Positions 43,096-48,411 of a stretch of DNA of 48,411 nucleotides are shown piece by piece. Source of the stretch: Euryarchaeota archaeon RBG_13_57_23 (GTDB taxonomy: Archaea > Thermoplasmatota > Thermoplasmata > UBA10834); contig MGVW01000016.1 of NCBI GenBank assembly GCA_001800675.1, positions 7,686-56,096 of the forward strand. The letters run 5' to 3'. Below the pieces are notes generated by a model. The model ran no database searches, was not told the DNA's origin, and saw nothing but the letters and a program-made list of their open reading frames with translations. The stretch's first letter is position 1. The number at the start of each line of letters is the position of its first letter. The translations under genes and the position numbers were made by a program.

Positions 43096-44649
43096 ATGCT
43101 GACCAGGGAATCCGCTATTCCGCCGGGGCTCCCGAAGAAGACGGAGAGCCTATGTCCGGAATGTTTGGCCATCATACCCGCCACCATGCGAGACGACAAG
43201 GGCAAGGTGGTCATGGAGAAGAGCTGCCCCAAGCACGGCAGCTTCCGGGACGTCGTGTGGTCCGATGTTGACATGTACCTGAGGGCCGAGAAGTGGGCCA
43301 AGGACGGCGTGGGTGTCCGCGACCCCCTCATACCGAACGCTAAGCAGTGTCCGTTCGACTGCGGCTTGTGCAACCTCCATCTATCGCACACTGGACTCGC
43401 GAACGTGGACCTGACCAACAGATGCAACCTGAAGTGCCCGATCTGCTTCGCCAACGCGAACCAGGCGGGATACGTCTTCGAGCCCGACTACGAAACCGTC
43501 GTGGGCATGCTGAAGATTCTGAGAGCTCAGAAGCCGGTGCCGACCCCTGCAGTGCAGTTCTCCGGGGGCGAGCCGACCATCCATCCGAGGTTCATCGACA
43601 TCATAAAGGCGGCCCATGATATGAAGTTCACACAAGTCCAGGTGGCCACGAACGGCATCCTGTTCGCCAAGGATGTAGATTTCTTCCAGAAGGCGAGCGA
43701 TGCTGGCCTGAACACGGTCTACTTACAGTTCGACGGCCTCAGACACGAGATCTACAAGCGCGCGAGAGGCGCGGACCTGCTCGATATGAAGAAGAAGGTG
43801 ATCGAGAACTGCAGGAAGGTCAAGAGGCATCCGTCGATCGTCCTCGTGCCGACAATCGTGAAGGGCTTGAACGATGACCAGGTCTGGCCGATCCTGCATT
43901 ACGCCCTTGAGAACATGGACGTCGTCAGGGGTGTGAACTACCAACCCGTGGCGTTCACCGGCAGGATAAGCAACGAGGAGCTGGAGAAGGGCAGGTACAC
44001 GATCCCCGACCTCGCAAAGGACATCGAGAAGCAGTCGAACGGGATGATCAAGACGACCGACTGGTACCCCGTCCCGACCGTGGCTGCCATCTCGGAGCTC
44101 TGGGTGGCTCTGTACGGAGATCCGCGGGTTACCCTGACGACGCACGCCCACTGCGGCATGGCCACTTACATGTTCGTCAAGGATGCGGACCACGTCATAC
44201 CCGTGACGAGATTCGTGGATGTCGAGAACCTCTTCACCGAGATCTACCAGCTTGCCAAGAAGGCCGAGGGGAAGAAGGTCAAGCTGCTGTCAAAGGTGAA
44301 GGCGTACAACCTGCTGAAGAAGTACCTCAAGGAGGACGAGCTCCCCGAGGGAATGAGCAAGATGGACTTCCTGAGGTCCCTGAAAGGGATCATCTCCGAT
44401 GATACCAAGGGCGAGCTTGTGAAGTTCACCTGGAAGATGATGTACGTCGGCGCGATGCACTTCATGGACTCTTACAACTACGATGTCGAGCGGGTCAAGC
44501 GCTGCATGATACACTACACGACGCCGGACGGGAGGATCATCCCGTTCTGCGCCTACAACTCCGGCCCTGTCTACAGGACCGAGGTGGAGAAGAAGTTCTC
44601 CGTGCCCCTCGCCGAGTGGCGGAAGCAGCACGGGGAAGAGTACACGTGA
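43096..44649 (+). CDS. tes: Radical-SAM tetraether lipid synthase (Tes / GDGT-MAS family, MJ0619-like)
   Basis: N-terminal rubredoxin/Zn-ribbon-like CPEC...CPKH, an auxiliary CPFDCGLC cluster motif, the radical SAM motif NRCNLKCPIC, and SGGEPT. About 517 aa. Directly followed by ferredoxin and geranylgeranyl reductase genes. Confidence 0.75.
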   Translation: MLTRESAIPPGLPKKTESLCPECLAIIPATMRDDKGKVVMEKSCPKHGSFRDVVWSDVDMYLRAEKWAKDGVGVRDPLIPNAKQCPFDCGLCNLHLSHTGLANVDLTNRCNLKCPICFANANQAGYVFEPDYETVVGMLKILRAQKPVPTPAVQFSGGEPTIHPRFIDIIKAAHDMKFTQVQVATNGILFAKDVDFFQKASDAGLNTVYLQFDGLRHEIYKRARGADLLDMKKKVIENCRKVKRHPSIVLVPTIVKGLNDDQVWPILHYALENMDVVRGVNYQPVAFTGRISNEELEKGRYTIPDLAKDIEKQSNGMIKTTDWYPVPTVAAISELWVALYGDPRVTLTTHAHCGMATYMFVKDADHVIPVTRFVDVENLFTEIYQLAKKAEGKKVKLLSKVKAYNLLKKYLKEDELPEGMSKMDFLRSLKGIISDDTKGELVKFTWKMMYVGAMHFMDSYNYDVERVKRCMIHYTTPDGRIIPFCAYNSGPVYRTEVEKKFSVPLAEWRKQHGEEYT

Positions 44650-44653
44650 GCTG

Positions 44654-44854
44654 ATGGCCATGGCCAAGGATTTGGACGATCTCGAAGTTGACATCACCAG
44701 ATGCATGCACTGCGGTGCGTGCGTCGGTTCGTGCCCTGTGAATGCGATCTACCTGAACGAGGTTCTGATAGAGTTCAACGACGACTGTACGATGTGCAAG
44801 CGGTGCATCAAGGTCTGCCCTGTCGGGGCGGTCCACCTCGCGGGGGAGAAGTAG
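44654..44854 (+). CDS. 2x[4Fe-4S] ferredoxin (66 aa)
   Basis: CMHCGACVGSCP and CTMCKRCIKVCP motifs. It starts 4 nt after the tes stop, and its TAG abuts the next ATG. Confidence 0.85.
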   Translation: MAMAKDLDDLEVDITRCMHCGACVGSCPVNAIYLNEVLIEFNDDCTMCKRCIKVCPVGAVHLAGEK

Positions 44855-46039
44855 ATGACCGGCTACGATGTGGTCGTAGTGGGCGGAGGGCCCGCAGGCA
44901 CCATGACGGCCAAGTGGGCCGCGAAGGGCGGTGCCAAGGTCCTGATAGTCGAGAAGAGGCAGGAGATAGGCGCGCCAGTAAGATGCGGCGAGGGCATCTC
45001 CCGCTCGTGGCTTGACGGTGTGGGCATCAAGCTGGACCAGAAGAGCGTCGCCTGCCAGGTCAAGGGAGCCAAGATAGTCGCGCCCAACGGCACTCCGTTC
45101 TTCCTGTCAGAGAAGATGGCGGGGAACGAGGTCGGCATCGTCCTCGACCGGATCTTCTTCGACAAGCTCCTGGCGCATGATGCTGTGAAGGCGGGCGCCG
45201 ACCTCATGCTCAAGACATCGGCGACTGGCCTTCTGAGGACCGGCGGCAAGGTGACAGGAGTCAAGATCAGGTCATTCGGCGAGACGAAGGAAATCAAAGC
45301 GGGCTGCGTCGTCGGGGCCGATGGATTCGAATCTCAGGTGGGTCGATGGGCCGGGATAAGCACCAGCCTCGCCCCGAGGGATATCACGAGCTGCATACAG
45401 TACAGGCTCACGAACATCAACTACGACCCCAACTACTGCGAGTTCGTCCTTGGCTCGAAGGCACCAGGGGGATACATCTGGATCTTCCCGAAGAATGAGG
45501 ACACCGCGAATGTCGGCATCGGCATGCAGCTGACCAAACTGAAGGACCGGGCAGACGTGAAGAAGTACCTGGACAAGTTCATCCAGAACGACCCGCGCTT
45601 GAAGAAGGGCAAGCCACTCGAGATCGTCGCGGGTGCAGTGTCGATATGCGCTCCCCTCGACAAGACCGTCGGGGACGGCATACTCCTGGTAGGCGATGCC
45701 GCGAGGCAGATCGATCCGATAACCGGCGGTGGCATCTCGAACAGCTGCAGGGCGGGCAAGGTCGCGGGCGAGGTCCTGGCCAAGGCCACAAAGGAGAGGG
45801 ACTTCAGCGAGAGGTCGCTCGAGCGCTACGAGAAGGGCTGGAGGGACCTGATGGAGAACCACCTCTACAGGAACTGGATGGCCAAGGAGAAGCTGGTGAC
45901 GCTCAGCGACGAGACTTTCAACAAGATCATATCCGCCCTGAACGAGGTCGGCGTGGAGAAGATGTCCACGTTCGCCATACTGAAGGCCATCGAGACGAAG
46001 TACCCCGACCTGGTCAGGGAATTCCACGACCTGCTCTGA
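44855..46039 (+). CDS. Geranylgeranyl reductase family flavoprotein (digeranylgeranylglycerophospholipid reductase)
   Basis: YDVVVVGGGPAGTMTA FAD motif, RCGEGIS, and GDAARQIDPITGGGI. 394 aa. Confidence 0.85.
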   Translation: MTGYDVVVVGGGPAGTMTAKWAAKGGAKVLIVEKRQEIGAPVRCGEGISRSWLDGVGIKLDQKSVACQVKGAKIVAPNGTPFFLSEKMAGNEVGIVLDRIFFDKLLAHDAVKAGADLMLKTSATGLLRTGGKVTGVKIRSFGETKEIKAGCVVGADGFESQVGRWAGISTSLAPRDITSCIQYRLTNINYDPNYCEFVLGSKAPGGYIWIFPKNEDTANVGIGMQLTKLKDRADVKKYLDKFIQNDPRLKKGKPLEIVAGAVSICAPLDKTVGDGILLVGDAARQIDPITGGGISNSCRAGKVAGEVLAKATKERDFSERSLERYEKGWRDLMENHLYRNWMAKEKLVTLSDETFNKIISALNEVGVEKMSTFAILKAIETKYPDLVREFHDLL

Positions 46040-46094
46040 GCCAGGGCAGAATCATTAAGCCCCAGAATCCTTTCCGAACCGGGGAGCGGGCCGC

Positions 46095-47636
46095 ATGAAG
46101 CTGCTGGAGAACCTTACGACGGACAGGAGGAAGGTCCTCGCCGTCGCGGTGATCATCATCGCTGCTGCTGCGTTCCTCAGGTTCTACAACATCGGCTGGA
46201 GTTTCTCGAACAACGGCGTCGACGAAGGCATCATGCTCGAGAGGGCCAGGATGGTCAGCGAGGGATACGACCTCTACACCGAACTGCCCTGCGACCAGGC
46301 ACCTCTGGTCTTCCTCATCGGTTCCGTGTTCTCAGGGGATGTAGTCGCTCTCAGGCTGCTGACCGCTGCGCTCAGCCTGGTCGCCATCGCGGCCTGCATG
46401 CTCGCGTCGAAGAAGCAGATGGGCAACCTGGCGATGATGGTGACAGGTATCCTGTTGGCAGTCGATTTCGCCCTGTTGCGAGAGTCCAGGCTGTTCTCGC
46501 TCGACGGCATCTCGACATCGTTCCTGGCGCTCTCGCTGCCGCTGTTCTTGCATTATCTGAGGCACGGTTCGAGGATCGCGCTCGTATCCGCAGGATTGCT
46601 CGTAGGCCTGTCCACGGCGTCCAAGCTGTTCGGCGGAGTAGCCCTGCTCGGAATGCTATTGTTCATGCTCATTGAGTACTGGCGGAGCAGGGATGAGAAG
46701 AAGAAACTCACGAGAACAATCACCGATCTCGTCGTCCTGACCGCTGCCGCGGCACTGCCGCTGGCCGTGCTGCTCTCTGTCCTGGGCCCATCCGAGATGT
46801 TGAACGGGATGGTGCTAGATCAAGGGCACAGGGCGTTTGATCTCGCCATGAAGCTCTCGATCCCCGCCTTCTTCGGATTGAACCTCGCATACGCGCTCCC
46901 ACTGCTGTACGCGCGCAGGATGTGGGCCCACTCGAAAGAGGCGAGACTCCTCTTGGTACTGACAGTTGTGCTGCTAGCGGACTTCATTGTCCAGCCCTTG
47001 GTGTTCCTACATCACATGGTGCTCGTGAGCCCCGGGTTGGCTCTACTCTCGGGCATGTTCATTGCGGACATGTACGAAACTAGAAAAGGAACTATCACAC
47101 AGGATGATAAGCTGATTATGAGAAAAAAGATGATGTCCGAATCCATCGCATTCAAGGCCGTTCTGCTTGTCGGAATCCTCGTCTCCGCGGGCTTGGCGTC
47201 ATACGGGCTGGCAGCGCAGGGGAAACCCGGTCAATTGGTCTACGCGGAGAAGATAGCGTCGTGGACCACGCAGGATGATTGGATCATAAGCGGCGATCCG
47301 CTGATCACTTCCTACGCGGAGAGGCTCACACCCCCGAACATGGTCAACGTGGGCACACGCGTGTATCCCGAGCTGACCCTCGAAGAGGTCGAGGCCGCCA
47401 TCATTGAGTACAACGTCGCGGTCTTTCTCTTCAACTACCGATTCTTCGAGAGTGACTTGTACGGGGTCTCGTTGTTCCTGGTGGACCATGGGTACTCCAG
47501 GGTGTCACCCAGCGTCATGGGCGAGTGGACCGACTCAGCATTTGGATTCTTCGAGAATGTCAACACGCCTTGGGTCTTCGTTAGGAACGATATCGCGGAA
47601 GCGTTCGACCTCCCGACCGTGGCATGGATAATCTGA
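46095..47636 (+). CDS. GT-C fold membrane glycosyltransferase (ArnT/PMT, GT39/GT83-like)
   Basis: About 11-12 transmembrane segments, a first-loop acidic motif NGVDEGIMLERA, and a C-terminal soluble domain. 513 aa. Confidence 0.6.
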   Translation: MKLLENLTTDRRKVLAVAVIIIAAAAFLRFYNIGWSFSNNGVDEGIMLERARMVSEGYDLYTELPCDQAPLVFLIGSVFSGDVVALRLLTAALSLVAIAACMLASKKQMGNLAMMVTGILLAVDFALLRESRLFSLDGISTSFLALSLPLFLHYLRHGSRIALVSAGLLVGLSTASKLFGGVALLGMLLFMLIEYWRSRDEKKKLTRTITDLVVLTAAAALPLAVLLSVLGPSEMLNGMVLDQGHRAFDLAMKLSIPAFFGLNLAYALPLLYARRMWAHSKEARLLLVLTVVLLADFIVQPLVFLHHMVLVSPGLALLSGMFIADMYETRKGTITQDDKLIMRKKMMSESIAFKAVLLVGILVSAGLASYGLAAQGKPGQLVYAEKIASWTTQDDWIISGDPLITSYAERLTPPNMVNVGTRVYPELTLEEVEAAIIEYNVAVFLFNYRFFESDLYGVSLFLVDHGYSRVSPSVMGEWTDSAFGFFENVNTPWVFVRNDIAEAFDLPTVAWII

Positions 47637-47638
47637 GG

Positions 47639-48411
47639 CTACTGAGATCTCTGGCTGCGCTTGATGTCGTGCCTGAACGTCCAGGCCGAATTCGCCAGGA
47701 AGTTGAACACGCTGATGGTCATGATGCAGAGGGCCTGGACGAACACCAGGAGAAAACTACCTGGGTCAGAGACGATCCCCAGCTCCGGGAACAGGTTGTA
47801 GACGATAACGTGGAACAGTAGCTCGTTCAGGGCCAGCCCTATCACGCTGATGATCAGGAACTGAGGATACTGGAACTTGATCTGACCTTTCGACTTGAAA
47901 GTCCAGAGCCTGTTCCAGATGTAGTTGTTCGTGTCTGCGACGACGAACGCTATCGCAATGGCCCAGAACGGTGTTTGGTCGAGGACTTCAGCGACTATCC
48001 AGAAGATCGCCAGGTTGATGAGAGTGCCGATGCCCCCTATGAAGGCGAACTTGAGATACTTCCCAAGCCAGAACCTGCGATGCTCGTAGAGCATCGAGAC
48101 GTGGTCGATGTACCTGAGCATCTCCGAGCCGCCGAGCTTGCTCTTCCCCGCCTTCCTGTTCGCGAACCTGATCGGGACCTCGACGACCTTCGTGTACTTG
48201 CCCTTGACGAGTATCTCCAATCCTATCTTGTAGCCAACTGGATCCAGTGCAACGCCATCAACGACTGAACGCTTCAGAGCGAAGAAGCCAGACATCGGGT
48301 CCTTGACCCTGGTCAGTCCTCTCGCCAGCACGGCTGCCCCCTTCGAGACGACCTTCCGATGTAACGGCCAGTTCTCTATGCTTCCGCCCTCGACGTGCCT
48401 GCTTCCGAAGA
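47639..48411 (-). CDS. GT2 polyprenyl-phosphate sugar synthase (Dpm1-like) fused to a C-terminal GtrA-like 4-TM domain; the 5' part lies outside the window
   Basis: Frame is open to the window edge (...GSRHVEGGSIENWPLHRKVVSKGAAVLARGLT...DPMSGFFALKR...YKIGLEILV). This is followed by the GtrA pattern (KFAFIGGIGTLINLAIFWI...NYIWNRLWTF). Stop TAG. Confidence 0.8.
   Translation of the reverse strand, partial: FGSRHVEGGSIENWPLHRKVVSKGAAVLARGLTRVKDPMSGFFALKRSVVDGVALDPVGYKIGLEILVKGKYTKVVEVPIRFANRKAGKSKLGGSEMLRYIDHVSMLYEHRRFWLGKYLKFAFIGGIGTLINLAIFWIVAEVLDQTPFWAIAIAFVVADTNNYIWNRLWTFKSKGQIKFQYPQFLIISVIGLALNELLFHVIVYNLFPELGIVSDPGSFLLVFVQALCIMTISVFNFLANSAWTFRHDIKRSQRSQ

Noticed and set aside
1-48411. CRISPR arrays, tRNA/rRNA genes, transposases, integrases, prophage or known defence-system genes
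   Set aside because: I scanned all intergenic regions and ORF translations by eye. I found no spaced direct repeats, no cloverleaf-compatible segments in the gaps, and no nuclease, ATPase, integrase or transposase signatures. A tRNAscan/Infernal run would be needed for a definitive negative.

Overview
GC-rich archaeal chromosomal segment. Archaeal hallmarks include ribosomal protein L10e/uL16, RNase P protein Rpp21, Dph2, an archaeal-type ThrRS, preQ0/archaeosine genes, a tetraether-lipid synthase, geranylgeranyl reductase and PEF-CTERM sorting signals. Gene content looks Euryarchaeota/Thermoplasmatota-like, but no taxon can be assigned from sequence alone. I call about 42 densely packed protein genes, many with GTG/TTG starts and 4-13 nt overlaps. 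Most are housekeeping. These comprise two tandem non-pyrrolysine MttB-family methyltransferases plus an Lrp regulator, an AsnRS-like asparagine synthetase, and thrB | thrC-hom-aspartate kinase-ilvD. They also include pheA, leuA/cimA-leuC-leuD-leuB, thrS, queD-queC-queE, dph2, rpl10e, rnp4, a YhbY-like protein and serS. A lipid and glycosylation block follows: TrmB regulator | radical-SAM tetraether synthase-ferredoxin-geranylgeranyl reductase-GT-C transferase | GT2-GtrA synthase. I found no rRNA, tRNA, CRISPR array, transposase, integrase or recognisable defence gene. The least explained content is as follows. (1) A 1479-aa membrane-anchored orphan protein whose only recognisable domain is a lamin-tail domain inserted between two copies of an unknown module; it is bracketed by two CPA2 antiporter paralogues. 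(2) A Leu/Ile-rich 19-codon upstream ORF followed by oligo-T tracts in front of the leu operon, and a structured leader on the divergent pheA side. (3) Two PEF-CTERM surface proteins, an orphan 490-aa tandem winged-helix protein and a CorA-like protein lacking the GMN motif. (4) A 440-bp gene-poor gap with perfect palindromes and GC hairpins. All functional calls rest on motif recognition by eye; no database search was run.
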